Positions 8,227 through 18,492 of a stretch of 35,338 nucleotides of DNA are shown piece after piece. Numbering within the stretch: the stretch's first letter is position 1; each line of letters opens with the position of its first letter. Both the position numbers and the translations under genes were made by a program. Source of the stretch: a virus (Duplodnaviria; Caudoviricetes). Below the pieces are notes generated by a model. The model was not told where the DNA came from. It saw only the letters and a program-made list of their open reading frames with translations, and ran no database searches. Location: positions 1 through 35,338 of IMG/VR virus record IMGVR_UViG_3300020336_000219; one strand, 5' to 3'.

Positions 8227-9167
8227 CAGCTTAGACCTCCACCACTTATGTAGGCGACTGTTGAGCTAACCCAATACAGCGTACACATTCCCCTTGTGGC
8301 AAGCGTTCTAGTCCCAGTGGAACCACTACCATCGCATAGGTAAAGAGTGCAACCTGATTGAGTAATAGAAGCGTCACTACCACTCGTATTAATTAATGAA
8401 AGAGTATTTCCTGCTGTCCAACCACCACCGACAATAGGTGTAGTACCACTAATACCCATACATCTACCTTTTAAACTAGAGCCATGATTCATACTAGTAT
8501 TACTACCGCCCCAATAAACATCTTTGACATCCCACTGAACACCGCCGATTTTCTGAGTTAATATATCTGCGTTTAAAGTTCCTGTCGCTGAATCAAAAGT
8601 TAATTTAGCATTAGTTTTTGGAGGTAAAGCACCAGTAGCAGCAGTTGTAAATACAACATTGCAAGTAGTATCTGTAGTTTCGTCTGTAACTGGAATAGTT
8701 AAAGGAGACGCATCTTGCCATGAACAAGTGCCATCACCATCTTCTCTTAGGAATTTAGTACCACCTGATTCACCAGTTGATTTAACTGTTGTACCTTCTT
8801 TTGCATCAACATAAGCCTTGACAGATTGTTGACTTGGAACAGCAGTGGCACTATCAGTTGCCATGTTGTCTTCATCAATCAATGTCAAAGAGACATCAGA
8901 AGCCCATCCAAGATTTCCCGATCCGTCTGATTTTAAAAACTGTGTACCTGTTGAATCGGTTGCTGGTAGCGTCCAAACAACATTTGTCGTAACAGTGGTA
9001 GGTGATTTAAAAGCGCAATAATGACTTGCATCACTATCGGCAAAACGTACTTCACCATTAAATAATGGATTCGTTGACGGCGGTATCAACGAAATATTGA
9101 CATCAGTATCCCCTGAACCTATGTCGTAAGTCAGGGTATTACTTTTTAATTTCCCATAAGGAGCCAT
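8226..9167 (-). CDS. tail fibre protein
   Basis: WTLP..D....Q.L.SDGSG.L.W, DEDNMA.DSATAVPSQQSVKAYVD and FLR.DG..W fibre motifs. Confidence 0.85.
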   Translation of the reverse strand: MAPYGKLKSNTLTYDIGSGDTDVNISLIPPSTNPLFNGEVRFADSDASHYCAFKSPTTVTTNVVWTLPATDSTGTQFLKSDGSGNLGWASDVSLTLIDEDNMATDSATAVPSQQSVKAYVDAKEGTTVKSTGESGGTKFLREDGDGTCSWQDASPLTIPVTDETTDTTCNVVFTTAATGALPPKTNAKLTFDSATGTLNADILTQKIGGVQWDVKDVYWGGSNTSMNHGSSLKGRCMGISGTTPIVGGGWTAGNTLSLINTSGSDASITQSGCTLYLCDGSGSTGTRTLATRGMCTLYWVSSTVAYISGGGLS

Positions 9168-9169
9168 GA

Positions 9170-11227
9170 TTAGAAAATAATAAGGACTTGGTTGTTTGGA
9201 ACGGCGATAGACACCGAACTATTCAGTGCTATCGGCCCAACAGCCATAGCATTTTTATTTGCACTTAACTCGTATGAACTTGTAGCCGTAGTTTCATTTT
9301 CAATTACCCAAGCATCTATACCTCCACCTGTTGCACCACTACCACCAGAACTATTATTTGACTGAATAGACCCACCCATGTACGCATGGTTTTGGCATTG
9401 ATAATGCAAATAACTTTCAGTGTTATCACTAATGGAAATTGTTGTTAAAGCACCAGTGCTTCCTGGGGTTCCGACCGAGGAGATACCAACAGAATAAGCA
9501 CCTCCTGATTTGTCTCGATATTTATAAAACGCTATTGGATGCCCTGCATTACTAGCGTCTTGTTGATCAAAAACATACGCATTGCCAGGAATTAATTCTA
9601 GATGTGGGCTTTCTATTCCTCCAATTGTGTATCCAAGAGTAGAGCCATTTCCTTGCTCTTTATGTGCAGAAGTCTTTGTAACTACTTTGACTATAAAAGT
9701 TTTATGAGTTGGAATATGTTTTCCATAAACACCTAAATATCTATCTTCAGAATCATTAGAAAAATAAGATAAATAATTCCAAGTAGTCCCTGCTGAAGTG
9801 TATTTAAGTCTTACTGTTAAGCCTACGTCACCAGTAAAACCATTAGGCAACGACGCTAACGGGGTGAACGACTCAATTCCTGTACTATTCCCAATTTCTA
9901 TATAATCACCATCACTAGGACTAGCTGGTATAGCTGCAACATTAGTAACAGGAGAAAAGATAACAGCATTTGCTACTGCTGCTTGGGCCGTACCTGCGGC
10001 GGCTGAAGCTGCATTTGCTGTGTTGTTGGCGAGTTCTGCTGTTGTGACGGCATAACCAACACCTTTAGGATCAGTTGATGGGTTTGTATTGTTACCCGTT
10101 AACGTCCAAGTATTTCCATTATTTGAAGTCGTAGCAACAAGTCTGTCGCTGGCTAATTTTGCTGCATCAGCAGAAGTTTTAGCATTATCGGCTGTTGTAA
10201 TTCCATAAGCTAAACCTTGTGGATTACTGCCAATACCATCACCTGTTGGGTTTGTACCGTCATGCAAATATGTATTAACTCGACTAAGTGATGTAGTGGC
10301 TTTTCCATCTGCGGTATTGGCTAAAGTATCTGCTGCTGTTGCGGTGTCAACTGCATATTTAACACCTTGAGGATTTCCCCCAATCCCATCTCCCTGTAAA
10401 TTTGTTCCATCGTGAACGTAAGTATCAACGGCTGTCTTCGCTGTATTTGCTGTTGCTATTCCAAAAGCCAATCCTTGAGGATTTCCCCCAATACCATCTC
10501 CTTTTACGCTAGTTCCATCGTGGACATAATTATCTGTTGCAGTTTTGGCAGCAGCAGCTTGATCAACTGCATATTTAACACCTTGAGGATTTGAACCAAC
10601 ACCATCTCCTTGTAGGCTTGTTCCGTCATGGACGTAAGTATCTGTCGCAGTCTTAGCAGCATCAGCAGCCACCTTTGCGTCACCTGATTGAGTGATAGTA
10701 AAAGCAAGACCTACTGGATTACCACCAATACCATCACCTTTTACAGTTGTTCCATCGTGGACGTAAGTATCAGTAGCTAGTTTGGCTGCATCGGCTGTGT
10801 TTGTAGCAGTAGTCGCGGTTTGAGTCGCCGTATTACTCGCAGTCGTAGCAGCAATAGCTTTAGCCGCTCCTAAAGCATTTAGATCTGCTTGCTCTTGAAC
10901 AATGTATAAGTTCTGTAAATCTGAATTATTTAACGCCTCCGCAGTTAAATTTGATCCATCATTCCAAGGAGACAACTGTGCATCTTTTGGTGTCTGCCTT
11001 TGAATCGTTAACTCTTCTCCAGCAGCAAGACCAGTAGTAAGAGTTATCTGCGTTGCACTTGTAAATGTATAATCTGTTCCGTCGCTTAAAGTTGAAGTCT
11101 GGGTTTCTGCTAATAGATCTCTTCCCTTATAAACCTTGACATGAGACTTCAATAAATAATTAGAACTAAAGGGCAGAGTGAAAACAGTCTGCCCAGTATT
11201 CGTAACTTGCGTATAGGTATCAGCCAT
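9170..11227 (-). CDS. T7 gp17-like tail fibre with internal repeats and cupredoxin-like domain
   Basis: gp17 N-terminal motif (F.LPF..L....V.V...I.R.TP...GS.LTA..LN...Q.LY..QE); position after ejection proteins. Confidence 0.92.
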   Translation of the reverse strand: MADTYTQVTNTGQTVFTLPFSSNYLLKSHVKVYKGRDLLAETQTSTLSDGTDYTFTSATQITLTTGLAAGEELTIQRQTPKDAQLSPWNDGSNLTAEALNNSDLQNLYIVQEQADLNALGAAKAIAATTASNTATQTATTATNTADAAKLATDTYVHDGTTVKGDGIGGNPVGLAFTITQSGDAKVAADAAKTATDTYVHDGTSLQGDGVGSNPQGVKYAVDQAAAAKTATDNYVHDGTSVKGDGIGGNPQGLAFGIATANTAKTAVDTYVHDGTNLQGDGIGGNPQGVKYAVDTATAADTLANTADGKATTSLSRVNTYLHDGTNPTGDGIGSNPQGLAYGITTADNAKTSADAAKLASDRLVATTSNNGNTWTLTGNNTNPSTDPKGVGYAVTTAELANNTANAASAAAGTAQAAVANAVIFSPVTNVAAIPASPSDGDYIEIGNSTGIESFTPLASLPNGFTGDVGLTVRLKYTSAGTTWNYLSYFSNDSEDRYLGVYGKHIPTHKTFIVKVVTKTSAHKEQGNGSTLGYTIGGIESPHLELIPGNAYVFDQQDASNAGHPIAFYKYRDKSGGAYSVGISSVGTPGSTGALTTISISDNTESYLHYQCQNHAYMGGSIQSNNSSGGSGATGGGIDAWVIENETTATSSYELSANKNAMAVGPIALNSSVSIAVPNNQVLIIF
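10190..10792 (-). repeat. five tandem 36-50 aa repeats (DTYVHDGT..xGDGIGxNPxG) in the tail fibre
   Basis: Visible in the protein and the DNA (e.g. repeated ccatcgtggac / ccttgaggattt). Confidence 0.9.
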
Positions 11228-11238
11228 CTTGCGGGACT

Positions 11239-11264
11239 CTTACGAGGACGTAGCCTTTATTGTA
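11239..11264 (-). promoter_or_regulatory. -10 TACAAT plus 16-bp box GCTACGTCCTCGTAAG upstream of the tail fibre
   Basis: Box 11239-11254, 4 nt, -10 at 11259-11264. Confidence 0.65.
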
Positions 11265-11289
11265 AGGCTTAATCGGAATTTGCAAAGAA

Positions 11290-14200
11290 TCACTTTATTC
11301 CTGAAAGAATCTTTGCTGCTGCACTTGAATCGTCAGTCCTCTTCTGCTGGCGTGTTGCACTATATAAATCACGGCGTTCTCTCCATTTCACAGCAGAACC
11401 CTCTTCGCTTAGATTTAATTGATTAACAGTTAATTGACCATAATAATTTTTAAGTTCTTGCATTAAGACGTAGGGCAGCTCCTTCTGTACTTCCTTTATT
11501 TCTTTATTAACAATTTCCTGAACCGTAGTTGTTGATTTGTTTTTCTTAAGTGCAATGTATTTAGGATCATTCATCAATGATCTAAACGCTTCAATAGGAG
11601 TTTTACCCTCTACATGTTTAGCTAAAATGGTAGACATATCAATTGTCGATTTCTTCTCTTTAACTGATACTGCCTGTCCAGCTAACGGCCCTGACTTAAT
11701 AATCTTAGTTTGAGTAGTATCAGGACTAATAACTATTTTCTTTTTAATATTTAAAAAAGCAGTTTCTTTGTTACCTACAGTTGAACCATAAGTCTGGTTA
11801 TATAACTGCTGTAAATCATCACTCATTGGCACTCCTTCTAACGTCTTAGTCATTAACGGCCCTGGAGGATTTAACAAATTTAAATGATTTAATTCTGCAT
11901 AAACTTTGTCATTAGGATGTTCTCTTGGGAAGAACCTATGTTGCATATAACGACCTAAATTTTCACCCCAAGATAATCTTATCTTTGTGCCTAACCAATC
12001 CTTCTCTTTAAACTTACCACCGAAGAAAGGACTGCCTGGAAGAAGGTTATAAGCTATTTCATTTCTTACATATCTCTCTGTCTTTTCTAAGAAGCCAGGT
12101 TCAAATAAATCTGTTTCTTCTGCGGTCATAGGTCTTTCTGTGTAGACCTGACTTTGTTTTGCATTGAATAATCTTGCTGTTTCTCTAATAGGGCCAGATC
12201 CACCCATTTGGCCTCCTATTATCCACCCTGTATATCGTGACATTTTCTCACCAAAGCCAGCAGCAGTCTCAGGGAAAATAACTTCAAACAATTGTTTTAC
12301 ATTTCCAAGTGATGTCTTCCTTGAAATACTTCCAAATGTAGTCATAGCAATTGCATCTAATAAATTATATTTATCACGATCAGTTATCAAAGCGTGTTGT
12401 GCAGCAAAGCGAAAATCTTCTAATAAAAAGAGTGAACTAATAACTGGAATACCACCTATTAAAGGTACGCCACCAATTGAATTTGGCTTTAATCCTTTTG
12501 CTTCTAATTCCCTTAACCACTCAGCTCTTTCTTTAAACATATATTCAGGAGGGCCATTGCCAACAATTAATTCATTGGCACTTAACATCCCATATATTGC
12601 CATTACATGACCAGTCATAATTGCATTTGATTTAGCTCTTCTTTGTTCGGCTGGATTTAATTTTTCATAATTAATAGCATCTCTTATCGCTCCAAATGGA
12701 GTCCAAGACCAGTCCATGCTTTCACCCATAAATGGTGCTTGCATGTAAGGAAAACCTAAATCAGCAACCCAGCTTTCTCTCTTTAAATTCATCATCGTGT
12801 TATACGCTTTCTTCCCAGGATTTTGATCACTAGGTTTATTTTGGAAGCGTAATTCTTCACTAAAACGAGCAGCGTCTTGAGCCTCCGCAGCTCCCATGAA
12901 TGGAGCCCCGTAAGTGTTAGCTACAAACTCTTCTCTAATTGCATCTTCTATCTCTACATCACCCATCATCTCTGGTGGTAAACCATTATCTTTTCGGTAC
13001 TGTTTAACCATATCTTCTGTTACTTGATTGCTATAAAAATTATTTTTCATCTCAGTATTTATCCAATCATCTATTTTCTGCTGACTTAAATTTCCATCGG
13101 CATCGGTTAAACCAAGTTGAACACCTGATTTCCTTGCTTTCATTTCAAGGTCAAATCTGACCGAGTAATTATGAAAGAAGAATCCAGCAACATTATCTAC
13201 AGCAGATAAAGCATTAAGAGCTGGACGAAGAGCAGCGGGATTTCCAGACTTTTCATACATCCATATTTTTAAAGCTGCTGAACTACTGCCTGTGTAATGC
13301 AAAGGATTTAATAACTGTTTTATTCTTCCTTTCTTAGTTCTTGGTTTGTAGTCTCTTTGCTCTTTTAGTTTTATTAGCTGTAAATCTGTTGGCTCATGAT
13401 ATTTACCATAGTGATCCGCAGCTCCAGAAAAGTGCATTGATTTATTACTCCAAGCATCCATGAAAACTTCTTTCCATGAATCTCTTAATTGTCTTATAGC
13501 CTTACCATATCCAGCAAAATGGGCTTCAAACACATCTCGATAAGGTTTCATATCCTTAGTTCCCCAAGGAATATATGCAGCCTCTTCGTACATCTTTCGA
13601 GCTGGGCCGAAGATTGCTAAAACAGCATTAGAATTAACATTTAATAATTGAGTTCTTAAATTAAATAATTGCCAATCTTTCGCCACTAAATTCCTAGTTC
13701 TCATCCTCTTGTCTTGCCAAGTTTTTGGATCGTAATGTTTGAAATAATCAACACCTTTAATCCTTATATCTCCCAGAGCCATCTCCATTTGAATAAGAGC
13801 TTCTTTTCTATTTGACTTAAATAAATCAGCCGCAGCTAGAACTCTTGCTATTGGAGATTCTTCACTAAAGTCTTCAGGATTCATATCCCATGCAGACTGA
13901 ACATTTGGAGCATCAATTGAATCGTCTATATTTTCCACAGCTCCTTTAGAAATAAGATCAAGATCTAAATCTTCGGCTCCTCTGCCTTGCATGGCTTTAC
14001 CCATGTTTGACCATGTATTTCTAATCTGGTCATATTGTCTTTCCGAAGCTAAAGAAACCTTATAAAGATAAAAAGAATCTTCCTTTAACTTATTTGGAAC
14101 TTCTTGAGGTATTTCATTCCTCTGCATAAAATCAAATGTCTCGCTGATTTTATTAATCAACTCTCTATGACTTACTTGATAAACAGCTCTTACTCTTAAA

Positions 14201-14691
14201 AGCTTTTCAACAGCTCCATTAAACGAAGCCGAATCTCTTTCTAAAATAGATAAGACATTTTCTTTAGAGATGTCATTCCCTAATGTCTCTGAAACTTCCT
14301 GAGCTGTTTCTTTAAGATCTGTATTTAAAAATTTCCATTCATTTGGCTGCAATCGTTGTCCACTCTTTAATAGAGTTTTACTCAACAGACCACGATCTTC
14401 AGCAACAGATCTTGGATTAGTTCTTAATAACTGAACATAATTAGTTGGTTGACCTTGAGGAATACTGACACCAACATCTTTTGCATTATCTATATTTCTT
14501 CCTATCTCTCCACTCTTTTCAATCTCTTGCATATCATCAGCAAATTTTCCAGAAAAATCTTCTCTAAGAACATCATCTGGAGGTAAGTTTGATTGCTGAA
14601 TACCTCTAATCCTTGCTAGGTCAGCGTCATTTTGTGCCTTCTCACGAATAAGGCGTTGACGTTCTTGGAATAATTCGTCGCAACTAGACAT
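11290..14691 (-). CDS. large internal virion (ejection) protein, gp16-position
   Basis: 1133 aa, helical, between gp15-like gene and tail fibre; assigned by synteny. Confidence 0.7.
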   Translation of the reverse strand: MSSCDELFQERQRLIREKAQNDADLARIRGIQQSNLPPDDVLREDFSGKFADDMQEIEKSGEIGRNIDNAKDVGVSIPQGQPTNYVQLLRTNPRSVAEDRGLLSKTLLKSGQRLQPNEWKFLNTDLKETAQEVSETLGNDISKENVLSILERDSASFNGAVEKLLRVRAVYQVSHRELINKISETFDFMQRNEIPQEVPNKLKEDSFYLYKVSLASERQYDQIRNTWSNMGKAMQGRGAEDLDLDLISKGAVENIDDSIDAPNVQSAWDMNPEDFSEESPIARVLAAADLFKSNRKEALIQMEMALGDIRIKGVDYFKHYDPKTWQDKRMRTRNLVAKDWQLFNLRTQLLNVNSNAVLAIFGPARKMYEEAAYIPWGTKDMKPYRDVFEAHFAGYGKAIRQLRDSWKEVFMDAWSNKSMHFSGAADHYGKYHEPTDLQLIKLKEQRDYKPRTKKGRIKQLLNPLHYTGSSSAALKIWMYEKSGNPAALRPALNALSAVDNVAGFFFHNYSVRFDLEMKARKSGVQLGLTDADGNLSQQKIDDWINTEMKNNFYSNQVTEDMVKQYRKDNGLPPEMMGDVEIEDAIREEFVANTYGAPFMGAAEAQDAARFSEELRFQNKPSDQNPGKKAYNTMMNLKRESWVADLGFPYMQAPFMGESMDWSWTPFGAIRDAINYEKLNPAEQRRAKSNAIMTGHVMAIYGMLSANELIVGNGPPEYMFKERAEWLRELEAKGLKPNSIGGVPLIGGIPVISSLFLLEDFRFAAQHALITDRDKYNLLDAIAMTTFGSISRKTSLGNVKQLFEVIFPETAAGFGEKMSRYTGWIIGGQMGGSGPIRETARLFNAKQSQVYTERPMTAEETDLFEPGFLEKTERYVRNEIAYNLLPGSPFFGGKFKEKDWLGTKIRLSWGENLGRYMQHRFFPREHPNDKVYAELNHLNLLNPPGPLMTKTLEGVPMSDDLQQLYNQTYGSTVGNKETAFLNIKKKIVISPDTTQTKIIKSGPLAGQAVSVKEKKSTIDMSTILAKHVEGKTPIEAFRSLMNDPKYIALKKNKSTTTVQEIVNKEIKEVQKELPYVLMQELKNYYGQLTVNQLNLSEEGSAVKWRERRDLYSATRQQKRTDDSSAAAKILSGIK

Positions 14692-17600
14692 TAGGTACAG
14701 CCTCCTTTGTAGAACTTGGAATTGTTACTGCCCAGCAAGTCGTCATAGGCAAGCTTCTTAGCTTCTAGAAACTTGAAAACTTGCATAGTTAACTCAGGCA
14801 TTTCTGCATTAATAGCTGCATCAATTCGAGGGACTAATCCCTGCAATTGTTTAGGTGTTAGCTTTTTCATTAATCCTTTTCTTGCAATCGTTCCATTCGC
14901 TGCTAACTCAAAGACATCAACAAAAGAAGGATCTTTCTTTCTAATGATGTTTATTTTTCTTCTTAATGCAGATAAGAACATTTTTATTCTTTCAAATGAA
15001 GATTTGATAGGCCCAGCCTTTAATTTGATCTTGCGATTAGCAAACCAAACACCAAATGCTTCGGCTTGTATTTCAAATGGAGACATACCCTCTTTATAAT
15101 TTCCACCGCCTTTCTTGATAATCTCTACCATATCTGCTAAACCTTTCTCAGAGAGAAGTGCTTCCTGATACTTAGTAGCACCTAAGAAATCCAACCATTT
15201 TTGAACAGTGTGAAATGATTCGTGTGCAGCATCAATTCCAAGCCATCTTGGCGAAACTCCGTCGAGTGCTGACAATCCTCCAAGGCGATGGCCTAGATTT
15301 GGATGAAGCGCAAGAAGGATCATCGACTTGTGAACGTTTCCAGTCTGATCTCCGTAAAACAAACCTGAGGTTTGACCAGCAGCAGTTTTCGTTAAAGGAT
15401 CATCAGGATTCCTAGCCATGAAGGTTGCATGATGTGGCCTCCACTCAGCAACGGAGCCAATTGTGGCATCAAGACCAAATAATTTTATTGACTCTATTTC
15501 GTTTAAATAACCAAGTTGCTCTGGTAAAAGACCAGATATTTTGTAAGCATCCTTAAGTGCTTCCTTCGCTTCGTCTGCAAGAACTTGTGATTGTTGAATC
15601 CTTCCTATTAAAGAGTTTTCAATCTCTGCCCCATAATTCATTAAATGTTGATTCTTAGTTATTTTTTCCCCTGCCTGAATCTCCATTAATTGTTGTCTTA
15701 CTAAACGCTCGTTATATTCTCCACCTGTGAAATCTGTATCACGGCCAAAGCTGCTTTGCTGTATGCCACCACCACCTTCAGCAGCTTTTCTTGCAGCAGT
15801 TTGTTGATTGAAGTATTGCCTAGTTACCCATCTTCCGTCATATCCTCTTATCTTTCTTGGATCATCTGGATGAGGTGTCCCTGGCTCTATCTTTTTCCGT
15901 CCACGTTTAGCCGCAGGGGAAGCATCCATTCTGTTTTGCTGGTCTATTATTTCTTCTTGTGTTCTTGTTTTCTTAGGTAAGATCTCACCTTCAGCTTTCT
16001 TCTGTTCATAAGTTTTACTTTCGTAATCGCTAACTCTTCTTTCTGCAATCTTTTGATCTGCTTCTCTTGCAGCGTCTAGCTTTCCATTCTCTTCAATTAA
16101 TCGAACTTCATTGTCTAATGCTTCAATAACATCATCAGTAACTTTTCCATTTAATAAATCATCTACTACTTTTTCAGAATTAAAATTACCTGGCTCTGGT
16201 GTCTTGGGAAGTGTTGTTGATGGTGGTCTTGCTTCTCCATTATCTAGAGCTTTCTTTGTGATTCCATTTAATAGCTCTTGTCTATCTCTTCTTGCTTGAT
16301 TTAATACAAATCTCGACCCTGGAACTTGTTCAGTTACATTTAAACGTCTACCACTTAGGCTCGTTGTTACTCTTGCAAAATCTCTTAAAGCTCTTTGAAC
16401 TCCTTCTTCTACCGTAACTCTTGCAACATTTAAAACATTTAAAACATCTCCCGCTGTATCAAGACCGCCTTTCCACTCGGAACCAATAGCCTTATCAATT
16501 GAATTTACTAATCTTTGATAAGCCAACATGTCATCTTTCTCAAACCCTCTTGTATCAACTCTTTCTATAGGTGCTTCACCTTCAACTTTTTCAGCCTTTA
16601 AACTTTCATTAATTCTCCTAACATTCGACATTGCCTCTTCATAAACATCAGGAGTTCTCTGAATAACTAATCCATCATTTGCCTGTAAATCTTTTAAAGC
16701 TTTAGCAATATCTATACGATCAATTGTTACCCAAGGATCACCTTTAGCTTTACCAGTTAACTTTTTAATTCTCGCTAAAATCTTCTTATCTTCTAATAAT
16801 TTACCTAATTGTTCTTTATTTAAATCATCTACCATTTCTAATTCAAATTCTAAACCTTCTTCACTTTCTTCTACTAAATTATATCTTTCAGTTGATGGAA
16901 ACTCTTTTTCAGGAATAGGACGACTTAAGACCTCATCGGTAACTGTGACAACAGGCTCACCTGCCTCAACCCTTGTTTCAATTTCAATTAATTCTGCGGT
17001 ACTACCTGTATCTAAAGCTTCCTCTAAAGCATCTGACTCAACAGCATTTTCAGGCTTTATATACTTATCTTTTAAAGATTGTTCTGCTCCTTCTGCTGTT
17101 GGTTTTGTTTCTTCAAAAGATAAAGTTCCTTGCTTATATCCTCCATCAGTAGTTTCTTCAATTAGACCACTCTTAACTTGATTGTTTCTTATCTCAGTTC
17201 TACGGTTAAATATATCTTTAGAACGAATAGCACGATAAGTATTTTGGAAATTACCCTCTATCCAATCGTATGCTTTATTCGTAATAATATCTGCTTTTTC
17301 ATAAATATTTTTCCCCGCTGCTAATGGGCCTTCAATATCAGGTTCCCACTTTTCAAATCCTGTCTTTGCATCTTTAACACCTTGCTTTAAAGGAAGATAA
17401 TTTAATAGCCCTGCAAAAGCTGTACTTGCTGCAAGGTTGGGAAGAAAAGCTCTTTCGGCAGACTCCCACTTTGTTAACCCTGGAGTAATTGCTGGATCTT
17501 TAATCCCTGCCCAAGACAAAAATGAAGCAGCACTTCCACCTTCATTTCGATCTAACCAAGTTGAAGGAACTTCGTCTAAAGCATTAACAATAGAAAGACG

Positions 17601-18458
17601 ACTAAATGCACCCATTAAAGTTTTAGCTTTTGCAGGGTTTAAATTTGCAGCAGCTCTAGTCAGCCAAGGAGCAGAAGCAGCAAGCGTTTGGTTTGCCGCA
17701 ACAGCATTACCAATTCCTAATGTTCCAACTGCCAACCAGACATTAAGCATGAGACTTGATCTTGCCTCCATACCTTGAACTTCTTCTGTTGTCCATTCCG
17801 CTGGATCTTTAAATCCATGCGTTTTATATAAATTTCTTTGTGCTTCGTCTGTCCAACTACTAAACCATTTGTCTGTATAGCTACCTTCTCCCCAGTCACC
17901 AATATTTTGCAATGCCCCTGTTATTGCATCACCTGTTCCTAAATAAGCAGTATTAGCCCAATCCTTTGGAAGTACAGCTCTTGTTGCCCAATAGGGAACT
18001 CTTGCTGCAAACTTCCCTGGACTATCAATTCTTGTTAGCTCATGCTTGAAACCTCTAGTAATTCCTTCGGTGTAATAGTTAGTTAAACCTTCTACAACAT
18101 TTAATTTTTCTTTTTCTACCTTCTCAAATGTATTGAGGAGATGACCCATTTGACGCTGGTCATAATCTGGGGCAAGAATCCACCAAGCTAACTTGTCATA
18201 CCAAGGAGATTTCTTTAGATAAGTATCTTCCTTTTCATTCCAAGGTTGTTTTAAATCAACGCCTGCCTCTGGGTGTAAACCAGCATTAGTAAGTTGCTCT
18301 CTTTTTTTATCGTACTTATTTGATATTTCATCTAATCTTGTCTGCTCATCATCTTTTTTCTCAATTACTTGAGGCTGAACAGCATTAGTCTCAGCTCCTA
18401 TGTTCTCATCTTCATCATCATCTTCAAGTAGATCGACGTTTAATGGTGTAGTTGTCAT
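14691..18458 (-). CDS. large internal virion protein with C-terminal zincin-like HExxH domain
   Basis: 1255 aa; synteny; AAHESFH followed ~45 aa later by EIQAEAF. Confidence 0.7.
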   Translation of the reverse strand: MTTTPLNVDLLEDDDEDENIGAETNAVQPQVIEKKDDEQTRLDEISNKYDKKREQLTNAGLHPEAGVDLKQPWNEKEDTYLKKSPWYDKLAWWILAPDYDQRQMGHLLNTFEKVEKEKLNVVEGLTNYYTEGITRGFKHELTRIDSPGKFAARVPYWATRAVLPKDWANTAYLGTGDAITGALQNIGDWGEGSYTDKWFSSWTDEAQRNLYKTHGFKDPAEWTTEEVQGMEARSSLMLNVWLAVGTLGIGNAVAANQTLAASAPWLTRAAANLNPAKAKTLMGAFSRLSIVNALDEVPSTWLDRNEGGSAASFLSWAGIKDPAITPGLTKWESAERAFLPNLAASTAFAGLLNYLPLKQGVKDAKTGFEKWEPDIEGPLAAGKNIYEKADIITNKAYDWIEGNFQNTYRAIRSKDIFNRRTEIRNNQVKSGLIEETTDGGYKQGTLSFEETKPTAEGAEQSLKDKYIKPENAVESDALEEALDTGSTAELIEIETRVEAGEPVVTVTDEVLSRPIPEKEFPSTERYNLVEESEEGLEFELEMVDDLNKEQLGKLLEDKKILARIKKLTGKAKGDPWVTIDRIDIAKALKDLQANDGLVIQRTPDVYEEAMSNVRRINESLKAEKVEGEAPIERVDTRGFEKDDMLAYQRLVNSIDKAIGSEWKGGLDTAGDVLNVLNVARVTVEEGVQRALRDFARVTTSLSGRRLNVTEQVPGSRFVLNQARRDRQELLNGITKKALDNGEARPPSTTLPKTPEPGNFNSEKVVDDLLNGKVTDDVIEALDNEVRLIEENGKLDAAREADQKIAERRVSDYESKTYEQKKAEGEILPKKTRTQEEIIDQQNRMDASPAAKRGRKKIEPGTPHPDDPRKIRGYDGRWVTRQYFNQQTAARKAAEGGGGIQQSSFGRDTDFTGGEYNERLVRQQLMEIQAGEKITKNQHLMNYGAEIENSLIGRIQQSQVLADEAKEALKDAYKISGLLPEQLGYLNEIESIKLFGLDATIGSVAEWRPHHATFMARNPDDPLTKTAAGQTSGLFYGDQTGNVHKSMILLALHPNLGHRLGGLSALDGVSPRWLGIDAAHESFHTVQKWLDFLGATKYQEALLSEKGLADMVEIIKKGGGNYKEGMSPFEIQAEAFGVWFANRKIKLKAGPIKSSFERIKMFLSALRRKINIIRKKDPSFVDVFELAANGTIARKGLMKKLTPKQLQGLVPRIDAAINAEMPELTMQVFKFLEAKKLAYDDLLGSNNSKFYKGGCT

Positions 18459-18492
18459 GGGTTAGACCTCCAAAGAAAAATAAACATAAGAA

